From NCBI RefSeq assembly GCF_009931435.1, contig NZ_CP043414.1: 64,000 nucleotides of DNA, one strand, 5' to 3'. The notes below the pieces were generated by a model. The model made no database searches and had not been told where the DNA came from. It saw only the letters and a program-made list of their open reading frames with translations. A program made the position numbers and the translations under genes. Origin of the DNA: Escherichia coli (GTDB lineage: Bacteria > Pseudomonadota > Gammaproteobacteria > Enterobacterales > Enterobacteriaceae). Of this stretch, positions 32,423 to 44,853 are shown one piece after another (position 1 is the first letter of the stretch; every line of letters starts with the position of its first letter).

Positions 32423-34078
32423 ATGGAATTTTCGTTTTCACCCAAACTTCTTGTTGTGGCTGTCGCCGCCGCTCTTCCACTCATGGCCAGCGCAGCAGAT
32501 ACCCCGTCAACCGCCACCGCACGCAAAGGCTTTGCCGGATACGATCACCCAAACCAGTATCTGGTTAAACCGGCGACCACTATTGCCGACAACATGATGC
32601 CGGTGATGCAGCATCCTGCACAAGACAAAGAAACCCAGCAGAAACTGGCGGAACTTGAGAAAAAAACCGGTAAGAAACCGAACGTGGTTGTTTTCTTGCT
32701 GGATGATGTGGGCTGGATGGACGTTGGCTTTAACGGCGGCGGCGTGGCGGTGGGTAACCCTACACCAGATATCGACGCCGTTGCCAGCCAGGGGCTGATT
32801 TTAACTTCGGCGTATTCTCAACCGAGTTCTTCCCCAACCCGCGCCACGATTCTCACCGGACAATACTCCATCCACCACGGCATTCTGATGCCGCCAATGT
32901 ACGGGCAACCGGGCGGTCTGCAAGGGTTAACCACGCTGCCACAGTTGCTGCACGATCAGGGCTACGTCACCCAGGCTATCGGGAAATGGCATATGGGGGA
33001 AAACAAAGAGTCGCAGCCGCAGAACGTTGGCTTTGATGATTTCCGCGGCTTTAACTCGGTATCTGATATGTATACCGAATGGCGTGATGTTCATGTCAAC
33101 CCGGAAGTCGCCCTGAGCCCGGATCGTTCTGAATACATCCAAAAACTGCCGTTCAGCAAAGATGACGTTCATGCCGTGCGCGGCGGTGAACAGGAAGCCA
33201 TTGCCGACATTACGCCGAAATATATGGAAGATCTGGATCAACGCTGGATGGAATATGGCGTTAAGTTCCTCGACAAGATGGCGAAGAGCGATAAGCCTTT
33301 CTTCCTCTATTACGGCACTCGCGGCTGTCACTTCGATAACTACCCGAACGCCAAATATGCGGGTAGCTCTCCGGCGCGCACCTCTTACGGCGACTGCATG
33401 GTGGAGATGAACGATATCTTCGCCAATCTGTATAAAGCACTGGAGAAAAACGGTCAGCTTGATAACACGCTGATTGTGTTCACCTCTGATAACGGTCCGG
33501 AAGCTGAAGTTCCGCCGCACGGTCGCACACCGTTCCGCGGTGCGAAAGGTTCTACATGGGAAGGCGGCGTTCGTGTGCCAACCTTCGTTTACTGGAAAGG
33601 CATGATCCAACCGCGTAAATCTGATGGTATTGTCGATCTGGCGGATCTCTTCCCTACGGCGCTGGATCTGGCAGGACATCCTGGAGCGAAAGTGGCGAAT
33701 TTAGTGCCGAAAACCACCTTTATTGATGGTGTGGACCAGACATCTTTCTTCCTGGGAACAAATGGTCAGTCTAACCGTAAGGCCGAGCACTACTTCCTCA
33801 ACGGCAAACTTTCTGCTGTGCGTATGGATGAGTTCAAGTATCACGTCCTGATCCAGCAACCGTACGCGTATACCCAGAGCGGGTATCAGGGTGGATTCAC
33901 CGGCACAGTAATGCAAACGGCGGGATCGTCGGTGTTTAACCTGTACACCGATCCGCAGGAAAGCGACTCTATCGGCGTGCGCCATATCCCAATGGGTGTA
34001 CCGCTACAGACCGAAATGCATGCGTATATGGAGATCCTGAAAAAATATCCACCACGCGCGCAGATTAAATCTGATTAA
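32423..34078 (+). CDS. aslA: arylsulfatase-family sulfatase
   Basis: 551 aa; signal peptide; sulfatase signature with the Cys/Ser target motif [11 protein letters not shown]. Confidence 0.93.
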   Translation: MEFSFSPKLLVVAVAAALPLMASAADTPSTATARKGFAGYDHPNQYLVKPATTIADNMMPVMQHPAQDKETQQKLAELEKKTGKKPNVVVFLLDDVGWMDVGFNGGGVAVGNPTPDIDAVASQGLILTSAYSQPSSSPTRATILTGQYSIHHGILMPPMYGQPGGLQGLTTLPQLLHDQGYVTQAIGKWHMGENKESQPQNVGFDDFRGFNSVSDMYTEWRDVHVNPEVALSPDRSEYIQKLPFSKDDVHAVRGGEQEAIADITPKYMEDLDQRWMEYGVKFLDKMAKSDKPFFLYYGTRGCHFDNYPNAKYAGSSPARTSYGDCMVEMNDIFANLYKALEKNGQLDNTLIVFTSDNGPEAEVPPHGRTPFRGAKGSTWEGGVRVPTFVYWKGMIQPRKSDGIVDLADLFPTALDLAGHPGAKVANLVPKTTFIDGVDQTSFFLGTNGQSNRKAEHYFLNGKLSAVRMDEFKYHVLIQQPYAYTQSGYQGGFTGTVMQTAGSSVFNLYTDPQESDSIGVRHIPMGVPLQTEMHAYMEILKKYPPRAQIKSD

Positions 34079-34111
34079 GCCGGCGCTATCGCTACATCGG
34101 GCCACACTGAC

Positions 34112-34220
34112 CTTGCCGGATGCGGCGTGAACGCCTTATCCGGCCTACAAGCCTTGCAAATTCAATAAATTGCAGCGTCCTGTAGGCCGGATAAGATGCG
34201 TCAGCATCGCATCCGGCAAT
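34112..34220. repeat. BIME (REP units in inverted orientation)
   Basis: ttgccggatgcggcgtgaacgccttatccggcctaca ... tgtaggccggataagatgcgtcagcatcgcatccggca between the convergent aslA and aslB genes. Confidence 0.6.
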
Positions 34221-34252
34221 CAACCGCAGGCGGCCACAAAATGGCTGCTTTT

Positions 34253-35485
34253 TTACTTATTCACCACCATCAAATGCGCCTGCATAATGTCGCTGGCCGG
34301 GCGACCGTGCGCCAGCAAATCAGCCATTGCTTTAAGATATGGCGGTAGATAGCGGAAATAACGCTGATACCCGGCACACAAATAATTCAGCCCCGGCTTA
34401 CCGCTGGCATCGAGCATAAAGCGGTGTTTCGGGCAGCCTCCCCAACATGCTTTTAACACGTTACAACTGCGACACTGCGCCGGTAACTGCTTAAATTTAT
34501 CTTCTCCAAACACCTGCTGCTGCGGGGAATCTACCATTTCTGCAATTGTTTGCTGAAGCATATTCCCCAGTCGATATTGCGGATAAACATAGTGATCGCA
34601 GGCGTAAACGTCGCCGTTGTGTTCGACAATCACCGAGCGTCCACAAGTCGGCTGATGATGGCAAACCGCACCCGGCGCACCGACAAAATTGGCAAACGCC
34701 CATTCGATATTCATCACGAAAATCTTGCCGACGTCACGTTTGATCCAGTGGTCAAAAATTGCCACCAGAAACTCACCGAACTCATCGGGGCGCACCGACC
34801 ATTCTGTCAGTTCCCCCTGAATATCACCAGGCGCATGTAATTTCAGTCCATTGCGGGCAGCTGTTTCATCAGCCAGGCGCTCCACCACCGGAATAAACTG
34901 GATGAACTCCACGCCTGCATCACGCAAAAACGCATATACCTGCAACGGTTGCTGCGCGCTGGTGCGGTTGACGCAGGTCAGCACGTTATAGTCGACATGA
35001 TGTTTTTGCAGGAGCGTCAGGGCACGCATCACCAGCTTATGCGTGGGTCTGCCACCTTTGGTCACGCGATATTGATTGTGGATCTCAGCCGGACCGTCCA
35101 GCGATAACCCAACAAGAAAATGATTTTCTGCCAGAAATGCACACCATTCATCATCAAGCAGCACACCGTTAGTCTGAAAGCTGTTACTTATCTTCCTGCC
35201 AGCACCATATTTCGCCTGTAGCGCCACGGCACGGCGGTAAAAATCCAGCCCGAGTAACGTTGGTTCGCCGCCCTGCCAGGTAAAAGCCACTTCGTTTTGG
35301 GGTTCGCTGGCAGCGATATAGTGACGGACATACGCTTCCAGCGTGTCATCGTCCATATGCGCAACTGGCTTTTCGCGGTAAAGGGATTGTTTTTCGAGAT
35401 AAAAACAGTAGTCACAGTTCAGATTACAATCGGAACCGCTTGGTTTCGCCATCACATGAAAAGCACGCGTTGGAACCTGTAGCAT
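34253..35485 (-). CDS. aslB: anaerobic sulfatase-maturating enzyme homolog (radical SAM)
   Basis: Start trimmed to ATG at 35485 (MLQVPTRAFHVMAKPSGSDCNLNCDYCFY, CxxxCxxC radical-SAM motif); about 410 aa. Confidence 0.9.
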   Translation of the reverse strand: MLQVPTRAFHVMAKPSGSDCNLNCDYCFYLEKQSLYREKPVAHMDDDTLEAYVRHYIAASEPQNEVAFTWQGGEPTLLGLDFYRRAVALQAKYGAGRKISNSFQTNGVLLDDEWCAFLAENHFLVGLSLDGPAEIHNQYRVTKGGRPTHKLVMRALTLLQKHHVDYNVLTCVNRTSAQQPLQVYAFLRDAGVEFIQFIPVVERLADETAARNGLKLHAPGDIQGELTEWSVRPDEFGEFLVAIFDHWIKRDVGKIFVMNIEWAFANFVGAPGAVCHHQPTCGRSVIVEHNGDVYACDHYVYPQYRLGNMLQQTIAEMVDSPQQQVFGEDKFKQLPAQCRSCNVLKACWGGCPKHRFMLDASGKPGLNYLCAGYQRYFRYLPPYLKAMADLLAHGRPASDIMQAHLMVVNK

Positions 35486-35599
35486 GGTCGCTCCTTGCCT
35501 GAAGTCATCCTTCAATACGTTAAGGGCGAAATCATACCGTGTAGCAATGAGTGACTACGGGCGTTTCTTGCGAAGGGAGAGTGATGAAATGCACAGAAA

Positions 35600-35626
35600 A
35601 CAAAAAACCCCGCCGAAGCGGGGTTC
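35600..35626 (-). terminator. rho-independent terminator of the tRNA operon
   Basis: aaccccgccgaagcggggtt hairpin; on the minus strand it is followed by a T-run (plus strand caaaaaa), immediately 3' of tRNA-Pro. Confidence 0.6.
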
Positions 35627-35631
35627 AAAAT

Positions 35632-35708
35632 TGGTCGGCGAGAGAGGATTCGAACCTCCGACCCACTGGTCCCAAACCAGTTGCGCTACCAAGCTGCGCT
35701 ACTCGCCG
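35632..35708 (-). tRNA. proM: tRNA-Pro (anticodon UGG)
   Basis: Reverse complement gives CGGCGAGUAGCGCAGCUUGG...GGUCGGAGGUUCGAAUCCUCUCUCGCCGACCA with cloverleaf and CCA end. Confidence 0.9.
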
Positions 35709-35750
35709 AAATACTGCTTTTTGAATTTTTAGTTCAATTCTTTAAAGTCG

Positions 35751-35837
35751 TGGTGCGAGGGGGGGGACTTGAACCCCCACGTCCGTAAGGACACTAACAC
35801 CTGAAGCTAGCGCGTCTACCAATTCCGCCACCTTCGC
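35751..35837 (-). tRNA. leuT: tRNA-Leu (anticodon CAG)
   Basis: 87-nt class II tRNA; reverse complement begins GCGAAGGUGGCGGAAUUGGUAGACGCG and ends ...CCUCGCACCA. Confidence 0.9.
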
Positions 35838-35857
35838 ATTGTCACAACTTCTAATAA

Positions 35858-35934
35858 TGGGGTGGCTAATGGGATTCGAACCCACGACAACTGGAATCAC
35901 AATCCAGGGCTCTACCAACTGAGCTATAGCCACC
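35858..35934 (-). tRNA. hisR: tRNA-His (anticodon GUG)
   Basis: Reverse complement GGUGGCUAUAGCUCAGUUGGUAGAGCCCUGGAUUGUGAUUCC...GCCACCCCA, with the extra 5' G typical of tRNA-His. Confidence 0.9.
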
Positions 35935-35991
35935 ACTACAAATCTTGTTACGCGGTATTACTACCACCGCAGCTCAAGCGCCGGGACTAAA

Positions 35992-36068
<77 letters not shown>

Positions 36069-36170
36069 TTAGCGCCGTTGCGGGGGTGGATAATACGGAC
36101 TTCCCACCCCTCTGTCTAGTCCCTTTTTAAATAAATTGCGCGTTTGGTTACGGTTTGTGCGTTTTGCTGC

Positions 36171-37556
36171 TTATTCCTCCAGTTTATGCGCTTTACCGTG
36201 GCGATTAAGCCCAAAAACTTTATAAATTGCCGTCACCGCCAGCATAAAGATGATGCCGACAAACAGCGACATACGCGTATCTTCATTAAAGTACATGCCG
36301 ATCAAAACGCAAATCAGGAATGCCATTGTTACGTAGTTGGCCCACGGGAACAGGATTGAGCGGAACGGATGGCTGGCAATCGCCGCTTTGTGCGCTCGAC
36401 GAAAACGCAACTGGCTAATCAAAATCACAAACCATGGCACCATCCCCGGAAGCACGCTGGCACTGTAGACATAGACAAACACACGCTGTGGATTGGGAAT
36501 GATGTAGTTCAGGCATGAGCCAATTAACAGAATAGCAATTGATACCGCCACGCCTGCAACCGGAACACCTTGACGGGAAACTTTCGCCATTGCCGCCGGT
36601 AACTGACGGTTTTTCGCCAGTGCGTAGAGCATACGTCCACAACTGTACATGCCGCTGTTACAGCCAGAGAGCGCAGCCGTCAGTACCACAAAGTTGATAA
36701 TACCCGCCGCTGCGGTAATGCCGATTTTGGCGAAAGTCAGTACGAACGGGCTGCCGTTGCTGCCAATGTCATTCCACGGGAAGATGGTGACAATAACGAA
36801 AATCGCACCTACGTAGAAAATCAGGATTCGCCACAGCACTTTGCCAACGGCACTGCGCAGTGTCACCTGCGGATTCTTCGCTTCACCGGCCGTAATGCCA
36901 ATCAGCTCCACGCCCTGGTAAGACGCCACCACGATACACAATGCGGTCAGGAACCCTTTCCAGCCACCCGCAAAGAAACCGCCATGCTCTGTGAGATTGC
37001 TAAAACCAATCGACTGCCCGCCATTGCCAAAGCCAAAGAAAATCACGCCCAGGCCAATGACAATCATCACTATAATCGTGGTGACTTTGATCATCGCGAA
37101 CCAGAATTCGATTTCACCGTACAACCGCACCGCCGCCAGATTCGCCAGTGCCACCAGCGCCACCGCGATCAATGCCGGTATCCATTGCGCCATCTCCGGG
37201 AACCAGAACTGGACATAAACGCCAATGGCGGTGATTTCTGAGATCCCCACCGCCATCCACATAAACCAATAAGACCAGGCGGTGAGATAGCCAAAGAACG
37301 GGCTCATATAACGGTGCGCGTAAACGGCGAACGAACCGGTAACCGGTTCGAGGAACAACATTTCGCCCATTGAACGCATGATGAAAAAGACGAACAGCCC
37401 GGCGATGATATAGGCCAACAATACGGATGGCCCGGCCCATTTCAGGGTACTGGCGGCCCCCATAAACAGGCCGACGCCAATGGTGCCCCCCAGGGCGATG
37501 AGTTCGATATGTCGAGCTTCCAGCCCACGCTGTAGCTCTGGTTTGTTATCTGCCAT
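36171..37556 (-). CDS. yifK: APC-family amino acid permease
   Basis: 461 aa, [33 protein letters not shown]; 12-TM permease signature. Confidence 0.93.
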   Translation of the reverse strand: MADNKPELQRGLEARHIELIALGGTIGVGLFMGAASTLKWAGPSVLLAYIIAGLFVFFIMRSMGEMLFLEPVTGSFAVYAHRYMSPFFGYLTAWSYWFMWMAVGISEITAIGVYVQFWFPEMAQWIPALIAVALVALANLAAVRLYGEIEFWFAMIKVTTIIVMIVIGLGVIFFGFGNGGQSIGFSNLTEHGGFFAGGWKGFLTALCIVVASYQGVELIGITAGEAKNPQVTLRSAVGKVLWRILIFYVGAIFVIVTIFPWNDIGSNGSPFVLTFAKIGITAAAGIINFVVLTAALSGCNSGMYSCGRMLYALAKNRQLPAAMAKVSRQGVPVAGVAVSIAILLIGSCLNYIIPNPQRVFVYVYSASVLPGMVPWFVILISQLRFRRAHKAAIASHPFRSILFPWANYVTMAFLICVLIGMYFNEDTRMSLFVGIIFMLAVTAIYKVFGLNRHGKAHKLEE

Positions 37557-37746
37557 AAATCCTCGTGTTGTGTTTGCATGCTTTCCGGTGTTACCGGTTA
37601 TCGTTATGGGTACATCGAGTGTTGCGAATGTTTTCGTAATTCAGGAGAAATGGCAAATAAAGCATTAAAAATTTGAATGCTTTGTGTAATAAAAAGACAG
37701 GCAGGCGACGAAGTGACCACTCCGTCGCTTTACAGAGAGAGGAAAA

Positions 37747-38487
37747 TCAGAGGTTGCCGGTGTAATGCCAGCGTAAATAACGCAGCAAACGAAGCTGACG
37801 CTTAATGCGGCTCGGCTGCGAAAGCAGGCGGTAGAGCCACTCCAGCCCCAGCGTTTGCCAGATTTTCGGTGCGCGTTTCACGTGACCGGTGAAAACATCG
37901 TAAGTCCCGCCAACGCCCATATACAGCGCATCCGGATGCACCAGACGGCAGTCGCGCATGAAGATCTCCTGCTTTGGCGATCCCATCGCAACGGTGACGA
38001 TTTGCGCTCCGCTGGCATGAATGCGTTCAAACAGCGCCTGACGCTGCTCGGGTTTAAAATAACCATCCTGACTGCCAACGATATTCACATTCCACTGATT
38101 GCGCAGTTTAGCTTCAGTTTGCGCCAGCACTTCAGGTTTACCGCCCACAAGAAATACCGGCGTCCCTTCTTTGCCTGCGCGCGCCATCAGCTCTTCCCAG
38201 AGATCGGCCCCGGCAACGCGGGAAACCTGCGCCTGCGGGTACTTTTTACGTACTGAACGTACAACGCTGATGCCATCAGCATATTTAAATTCGGCAGCAT
38301 TAATTAACTCCCTGACCTCGGCGTTATCTTCAATGGTCAGCATTTTTTCGGCATTAATGGCAACCAGCGTTCCTTGCTTAAGCTGCCCGTCAGCAAACAG
38401 ATAATCGAGGGCGTGCTGCATATCACGCCAACCGATTAACTGTAAGCCACGCAACGTATATGTCGGTGCCGTGGTATTGTTATTCAT
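37747..38487 (-). CDS. wecG: UDP-N-acetyl-D-mannosaminuronic acid transferase (ECA biosynthesis)
   Basis: 246 aa, last gene of the ECA cluster; WecB/TagA/CpsF glycosyltransferase-like sequence. Confidence 0.93.
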
Positions 38488-38489
38488 TG

Positions 38490-39842
38490 TTATCCTTCAA
38501 CCTGCGTCCGGAGCGATGATTTTGTACGTTTATGAATGAGTCCGGCGCTTTCAAAAAGCCAGTACAACAGTTTTGCGATCATCAGACATGCGCCGAAGAC
38601 CACGATAAAAAAGACCACACGTGAGACAAACGAATCCAGCCCTTCACGCGCCAGTACGATCATATTGAAGATCGCCCCGAAGCAGAAACTGTGCAATATC
38701 GCAGCCTTATAGCGATTAGTTTCGCGATTGCCCAGTTCATACAGCCAGTCGAACCATTTGATGATCAGTCCAACCACAATCGCCCCGAGCGGGATGAACA
38801 ACGCGCCGCCCATAACAACCAGTGAGCCTATAAGCGTAGGCGAGATCGCCAGCCCGGAGTGGTTATTCAGCACTTCCCAGGTAAAGTAGTTGGCGGAGTT
38901 CAGTACCATACTCGGGCGACCCGGCCACAGCCAGGAAGGGATAAAGACATAGAAATCGCGGACAATGGGAGCCAGGCCCTGGAAGTCGATGTTGTCGTAG
39001 TTCTGCAACAGCAATGCCAGATTCTCCCACGGCGAAAAGGTATCGCGGGTGAGATAGAGAAACGTATAGAACGCTTCATCGCCGCTCACATTCATTCCAT
39101 AGCGTTTTAGCGCCAGCCAGAACATGCCCACAATCCCCAGCACGCCCGCCGCCGCCAGCATCCACAACGAAATCCAGCCGCGAATAATGCCAATAAACAG
39201 GAAGATAGCAAATGCGATGATAATATTGGCGCGAGTGCCGCCGACAATCATGTAAGTCAGCAAGCCAAAGGCGACCGTGCTGGCGAGGAAAAACAGCCAC
39301 GCTTTGCTGTCCTGGCGCAGAAAGTAGACCACCAGCATCGCCGGGATGAAAAAGTAAAAGAAACGTTTTAACGCCACGCCGGAGACTTCACTGGAGAAGA
39401 TCTGACTGTAGGAGTTAAGACGGAACAGCAAAAAACCGTTGTGCATGAAGAAGATGCCGACGCTTACCAACGCAATGCCCATCAGGATCACCCACGTGAG
39501 ATTGGTCTCCACGCGGTTCATGGTAAACAGCGGACGGCGCGGTACATCAGCAACGCGTTTGCGTAGGCGGGTTTTGTAGGTGACATAGTAAACCGCGTAG
39601 AAGCAGCCCGCAGAAAGCAACGCCTGCAACAAGATTTCTGGCGGCGCAACACCAACATCAAAGCGAAATACCAGCACGCTGGTCAGCGGGAAGCCGAAGA
39701 AAAAGGTGAGCAAAAACAGCAATGAAAAGAAGACATTGAAGTTAAAGCGCACACGGCGAAACTCAAACCAGGTCAGCGTGGCAATAAACAGCGTGCAGAG
39801 CAGCCAGACAACAAACAGGCCACTGAATTGCAGCAGACTCAT
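38490..39842 (-). CDS. wzyE: ECA polysaccharide polymerase
   Basis: 450 aa polytopic membrane protein at the conserved position between wecG and wecF. Confidence 0.93.
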
Positions 39843-40918
39843 GCGACCTCCCCGGCGGCAATCGCCAACGCCCGCTGCCAGCCTTGTAGAAAGTTAGGGC
39901 TAAAGAAGGCAATGGTGTTTTTATCCACCGACGCCAGCTGGCGCTGTGCTTCACGCACAATATCCTCGTTGAGATCGTCGGTAGTAAACAGCACCGGCAA
40001 ATGCTGTTCCGTCATATCCTGCCAGAACGGATTTTCCCGGTTAAGCACACAAGGAATGCCCGCCTGAATCAGCAAGCACAGCGTACCAATGCCCTGCTGG
40101 CGGGCAAAAATAAAGTAACCGAGATCGCACTGACGAAGTAGCGCCAGATAGGCATCAAATTCCAGTTTTTCGCTCAGAACTTGCAGATTTTCTTCGCTGA
40201 ATAACGCCAGCCCCGCCTGGCGAACTTCATTGATATATGCATCGTTATTGGGTGGATATCCCATCGGCACCACGACTTTTACCGTATTGCCAAATTGCTG
40301 ATGAACGGCGCGTAAGGCGGCGACATGCTCATTGCTGCGGTCACCGGAGTTCCCCACCAGAATGGTCATTTTCCCTTCACGTTGGCGATCGTTCGCCATC
40401 GTATTGAGAGAAGGGTCCATCCGCGTCGGGAAGTACAGCAGTTCGCCCCGCACCTTTGGATGCGTTTTGGCAAAAAAACTCAAATCACCGCGGGTGGCAA
40501 ATACACAGCCGACTCGCTTTTGCGCCAGACGGCGCAGCGGATAAAAAAGCTTATATCTCAAGCCACTGGAAAGCTCATACAGGTCTGCCCCCCAGATATG
40601 CCAGTAAAACTGGCTGGGCTTAATGCCACCACTCAGCAGAGCTAGCCACAGTTTGGGATTGAACTGACCGTGGAAGAAAAATCGCTGCTGACGGTTAGCT
40701 TTTGCTTTCGCGATGACCGCTTCCGCCAGCGATTTTTTCCCAGGGAAAAATTGCACAGAAAGCGCCGGACAGCTATCACTTAAGCCGTCGTCCTTGCCAA
40801 CAACCATAAACTCGCGCGCGTGCTCGCTCGTCGCGGCCAGCGCGTCGTTGAAAAACCGCAGAACGGTTCGGTTATGGTGAGGGATATCCGATCCCAGTAC
40901 GTGAATCAGTACAGTCAT
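39839..40918 (-). CDS. wecF: TDP-N-acetylfucosamine:lipid II N-acetylfucosaminyltransferase
   Basis: 359 aa; 4-nt overlaps with both wzxE and wzyE. Confidence 0.93.
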   Translation of the reverse strand: MTVLIHVLGSDIPHHNRTVLRFFNDALAATSEHAREFMVVGKDDGLSDSCPALSVQFFPGKKSLAEAVIAKAKANRQQRFFFHGQFNPKLWLALLSGGIKPSQFYWHIWGADLYELSSGLRYKLFYPLRRLAQKRVGCVFATRGDLSFFAKTHPKVRGELLYFPTRMDPSLNTMANDRQREGKMTILVGNSGDRSNEHVAALRAVHQQFGNTVKVVVPMGYPPNNDAYINEVRQAGLALFSEENLQVLSEKLEFDAYLALLRQCDLGYFIFARQQGIGTLCLLIQAGIPCVLNRENPFWQDMTEQHLPVLFTTDDLNEDIVREAQRQLASVDKNTIAFFSPNFLQGWQRALAIAAGEVA

Positions 40919-42165
40919 GCCCGCCTACGCCAGAGTAAAAATACGCCACAACAAAGAGAAAAATAGACGATATAGGTTGCCATGTAGGCCTGCGCCGCGC
41001 CCAGTGCGCCATGCGCAGGGATTAGCCAGTGGGCAAATACCATCAATAAAGTGAACTGGCTGACTTCCGCCAGAATATAAAACCGCAGTGACGCTTTGGC
41101 GATCACCAGATAACCAAAGACATAAGCGCCCACTTTTAATACATCGCCCACCAACTGCCAGGCAAAGAGATCGCGCATAGCGGTAAATTTATTCGACAAC
41201 AGCAGCCAGATAGCAAAATCACGCAGCAACCAGACGGTAAAACTCGCCACAGCTACCGCCGGTAAGACGAATTTCAACGATTTAACCACTTCCCGGGTGA
41301 TATCGCGCTTTTCCGTTAGCCGCGACAACGTGGGCAGTAAATATACGCTGAACGATGCCGTAATAAATTGCAGGTAGGCATCGGAAATACTGCTCACCCC
41401 TTGCCAGATACCCACTTCATCCCAGCTATAATGCGCCGCCAACAGTTTACGCATCATAATGTACGCAACGGGCAAGGTCACCGACGTAATCAACGCCATG
41501 AGCGTAAATTTGCTCAACTGCCCTGCCAGGCCGTTATCCCAACTGGGTTTCAGATAGCTTAACGGGATGGCACCACGTTTGATCAACATGATGACGGCAG
41601 GAATCACCACCAACGCCGGAATCAGCGCCAGCCCCAGCAATGCCCCTTCATAACCACCCAAACGGTAACTGACATAATAAGCGATAACGCCAATCAAGCT
41701 GCCGACAATCAGCGATAACGCATTACCAGCGGCATCGCGAAAGCCTTTCATCAACGCCAGTAACAGGTTGCCCCAGGCGATCCCCATTTGCACCAGCGCC
41801 ACTAAACGCACCAGCCCCACATAGTCGGTATTACCAAACAATCCCTGGCTAATTGGCGCTGCCGCCAGCACAAAAACCAGCGCCATCAGCGTAGAGAAAC
41901 CAAGCACCATCGCTGATGAAGTGCCGACCACGCGGCGCAGCTGCTGCGGATTATCATGGTACTGGGCAACGTATTTGGTTACGCCATTAAAGATGCCCGC
42001 CCCGGCAAGCACGCCGAGCACGGTAATCAACTGGCGGAAATTTGCCGCCAGCCCAAGCCCCGCCGGACCAAATGACACCGCCAGCAACTTACCGACCAGT
42101 AACCCTGCACCAATCTTGACCAGTGTACTGGCCGCCGTCCATAAGGACGCTTTTGCCAACGACAT
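40915..42165 (-). CDS. wzxE: ECA lipid III flippase
   Basis: 416 aa polytopic membrane protein (Wzx-type). Confidence 0.93.
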   Translation of the reverse strand: MSLAKASLWTAASTLVKIGAGLLVGKLLAVSFGPAGLGLAANFRQLITVLGVLAGAGIFNGVTKYVAQYHDNPQQLRRVVGTSSAMVLGFSTLMALVFVLAAAPISQGLFGNTDYVGLVRLVALVQMGIAWGNLLLALMKGFRDAAGNALSLIVGSLIGVIAYYVSYRLGGYEGALLGLALIPALVVIPAVIMLIKRGAIPLSYLKPSWDNGLAGQLSKFTLMALITSVTLPVAYIMMRKLLAAHYSWDEVGIWQGVSSISDAYLQFITASFSVYLLPTLSRLTEKRDITREVVKSLKFVLPAVAVASFTVWLLRDFAIWLLLSNKFTAMRDLFAWQLVGDVLKVGAYVFGYLVIAKASLRFYILAEVSQFTLLMVFAHWLIPAHGALGAAQAYMATYIVYFSLCCGVFLLWRRRA

Positions 42166-42166
42166 A

Positions 42167-43297
42167 TCAGGAGAAGTAATTCAACAAGGTCGCAATTACC
42201 GTACGCTGATTGACGGGCGACAGGTTGTAGAACAGCGGCAGGCGCAGCAGGCGCTCGCTCTCTTTGGTGGTGTAGCGATCTTCACCGTGGAACTCACCAA
42301 AGCGTTCCCCCGCAGGGCAACCGTGCAGCGGAATGTAATGGAACACCGCCATGATTTCCGCTTCTTTCAGAAAGTTAATCAACGCGCTCCGGTCATCAAT
42401 ATCCCGCAGTTTAATGTAGAACATATGCGCGTTCTGCACGCAGCCATCGGGAATCGACGGCAGCTCGATACGCCCGGCTTTCGCCAGAGGTGCTAACGCA
42501 TCGTAGTAGTTTTGCCACAGCGCCAGACGTTGCTGATTGATACGATCCGCTGCTTCCAGTTGCGCCCACAGGTACGCAGCTTGCAGATCGGACATCAAAT
42601 AGCTGGAGCCAATATCGCGCCAGGTATATTTATCGACCTGACCACGGAAGAACTGGCTGCGGTTAGTCCCTTTTTCACGGATGATCTCGGCTCGTTCGAT
42701 TAACGCTTTATCGTTAATCAGCGTCGCGCCGCCTTCACCGCCCGCCGTGTAGTTTTTGGTTTCATGGAAGCTAAAGCAGCCAATATGACCAATGGTTCCC
42801 AGCGCACGCCCTTTATAAGTGGACATCACGCCCTGAGCGGCATCTTCCACCACAAACAGATTATGCTTTTTCGCCAACGCCATAATGGTGTCCATTTCGC
42901 AGGCCACACCCGCGTAATGAACCGGCACGATAACGCGCGTTTTGTCGGTGATCGCCGCTTCAATCAACGTTTCGTCGATGTTCATGGTGTCCGGGCGAAC
43001 ATCCACAAAGACGATTTTCGCGCCACGCAGCACAAAGGCATTGGCGGTGGAGACAAAGGTGTAGCTCGGCATGATCACTTCATCGCCAGGCTGGATATCG
43101 AGCAGCAGCGCCGCCATCTCCAGCGAAGCGGTGCAGGATGGTGTCAGTAACACTTTGGCGCTGCCAAAACGTTGCTCCAGCCATTGCTGGCAGCGACGGG
43201 TAAAACCGCCATCGCCACACAGTTTGCCGCTACCCATTGCCGACTGCATATAGTCGAGTTCGGTTCCCACCACCGGCGGTGCGTTAAATGGAATCAT
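42167..43297 (-). CDS. wecE: dTDP-4-amino-4,6-dideoxygalactose transaminase (PLP-dependent)
   Basis: 376 aa DegT/DnrJ/EryC1-type aminotransferase; MIPFNAPPVVGTELDYMQSAM. Confidence 0.95.
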   Translation of the reverse strand: MIPFNAPPVVGTELDYMQSAMGSGKLCGDGGFTRRCQQWLEQRFGSAKVLLTPSCTASLEMAALLLDIQPGDEVIMPSYTFVSTANAFVLRGAKIVFVDVRPDTMNIDETLIEAAITDKTRVIVPVHYAGVACEMDTIMALAKKHNLFVVEDAAQGVMSTYKGRALGTIGHIGCFSFHETKNYTAGGEGGATLINDKALIERAEIIREKGTNRSQFFRGQVDKYTWRDIGSSYLMSDLQAAYLWAQLEAADRINQQRLALWQNYYDALAPLAKAGRIELPSIPDGCVQNAHMFYIKLRDIDDRSALINFLKEAEIMAVFHYIPLHGCPAGERFGEFHGEDRYTTKESERLLRLPLFYNLSPVNQRTVIATLLNYFS

Positions 43298-43301
43298 GTG
43301 A

Positions 43302-43976
43302 TCACCTGTATAACCAGTACGCGGTGCTTTCTACATTCGCACCACTTTGTATGTATCGTTTAAGCGCGGCGGTGTTGCCCATCTGGGTCGCCACCCGCAA
43401 AGTTGTTTTACCGCGAGCATACGCCCAGTTTAGCGCTGTTTGCATCAGCTCAGCACCTGCACCGCGTCCAGCCAGCAGGCCAATTCGCGCATCTGTCGCA
43501 TTGAGTTCCCGTAAAGAGACATAGCCGCGAATATCGCCGGACGCCGAACGTAAAATGAGGCATTGATGATCAAAGGTGCCGCGCACGGCATTTTCAATCC
43601 ACTGCGCATAAAAGCGACCGCTGGCGTCAGGCGCATACCATGGCGCACGAAAACGGCTTTGCGCAAATGCGGCGCTGGCTAACTGACGTAATGCGGGAAT
43701 ATCTGTCTCTTGTGCCACTTCTGCGCCGCTATCACTGACATTGTTCACGGGTAGCGCCAAATCAACTTCACCTTCAACCAGGCAGAATCCCAGCTGTTGC
43801 AAGGCATCCAGCTCAACAGTATTTGATGCAGTAATTTTGGCCTGTACTCGTGACCACGTCGCTAAAGCGTCTGGCGTCAGGAGTGGCGCATCAGGAGTGA
43901 GATGCACGATAGCGCTGTTAACGCCAAAGAAGGCATTTTCCCAGGCTAGTGGTTCAATACTGGCGCGGACGGGCAC
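43302..43976 (-). CDS. wecD: dTDP-fucosamine acetyltransferase
   Basis: 224 aa GNAT-like sequence; its start overlaps the rffH 3' end. Confidence 0.9.
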   Translation of the reverse strand: MPVRASIEPLAWENAFFGVNSAIVHLTPDAPLLTPDALATWSRVQAKITASNTVELDALQQLGFCLVEGEVDLALPVNNVSDSGAEVAQETDIPALRQLASAAFAQSRFRAPWYAPDASGRFYAQWIENAVRGTFDHQCLILRSASGDIRGYVSLRELNATDARIGLLAGRGAGAELMQTALNWAYARGKTTLRVATQMGNTAALKRYIQSGANVESTAYWLYR

Positions 43977-44835
43977 GGAGTAACTCCAGCAGATATTGGC
44001 CGTAGCCAGTTTTCGCTAATGAACTGGCAGCACGCTTCACACCTTCGTCATCGAGCCAGCCGTTACGCCAGGCAATCTCTTCCAGGCAGGCAATCTTAAA
44101 GCCCTGGCGTTTTTCCACCGTCTGTACAAAGGTACTGGCTTCAATCAGGCTGTCGTGTGTGCCGGTGTCCAACCAGGCAAATCCGCGCCCGAGCAGTTCA
44201 ACGGTCAGGTTGCCTGCCTCGAGGTACATCTGGTTGATGGAGGTAATCTCCAGTTCACCACGCTCCGACGGCTTCACCTGCTTTGCGTACTCCACAACTT
44301 TACTGTCGTAGAAATAAAGCCCGGTCACCGCCCAGTTTGATTTTGGCTGTTTTGGCTTTTCTTCCAGAGAGATAGCGCGGAAATTGTCGTCAAACTCCAC
44401 GACGCCAAAGCGTTCTGGATCCATTACCTGATAGCCAAATACCGTCGCCCCTTGCGTGCGCGCCGCAACATGACGCAGCTTCGGACTGAAGCCCTGGCCG
44501 AAGAAGATGTTATCGCCCAGCACCAGACAAGATGGTTCACCATTAAGGAAGGTTTCACCGATGATAAATGCCTGCGCAAGACCGTCCGGGCTGGGCTGTT
44601 CGGCATATTCCAGCTGGATACCGAACTCACTACCATCGCCCAGCAGGCGCTGGAAATAACCTTTATCTTCCGGCGTGGTGATGATGAGAATTTCGCGGAT
44701 ACCGGCCAGCATCAGCACCGACAGCGGATAGTAAATCATTGGCTTATCGTAAATCGGCAACAATTGCTTCGATACGCCGCGCGTAATCGGATGCAATCGG
44801 GTGCCGGAACCGCCCGCCAGGATAATACCTTTCAT
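43954..44835 (-). CDS. rffH: glucose-1-phosphate thymidylyltransferase
   Basis: 293 aa, [39 protein letters not shown] (RmlA-type). Confidence 0.95.
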   Translation of the reverse strand: MKGIILAGGSGTRLHPITRGVSKQLLPIYDKPMIYYPLSVLMLAGIREILIITTPEDKGYFQRLLGDGSEFGIQLEYAEQPSPDGLAQAFIIGETFLNGEPSCLVLGDNIFFGQGFSPKLRHVAARTQGATVFGYQVMDPERFGVVEFDDNFRAISLEEKPKQPKSNWAVTGLYFYDSKVVEYAKQVKPSERGELEITSINQMYLEAGNLTVELLGRGFAWLDTGTHDSLIEASTFVQTVEKRQGFKIACLEEIAWRNGWLDDEGVKRAASSLAKTGYGQYLLELLRARPRQY

Positions 44836-44853
44836 GTTTGCCTCCGCTGAGAA

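Noticed and set aside
35484-35936. Small ORFs (82 aa plus strand, 64 aa minus strand) overlapping the tRNA cluster
   Set aside because: They overlap the tRNA-Pro/Leu/His genes and the aslB upstream region; tRNA structure fully explains the sequence.
37680-37746. Hairpin gcgacg...cgtcgc downstream of wecG considered as the ECA operon terminator
   Set aside because: On the transcribed (minus) strand the stem is not followed by a U-tract; only the plus-strand orientation has a short T-run and no plus-strand gene ends there. Left uncalled.
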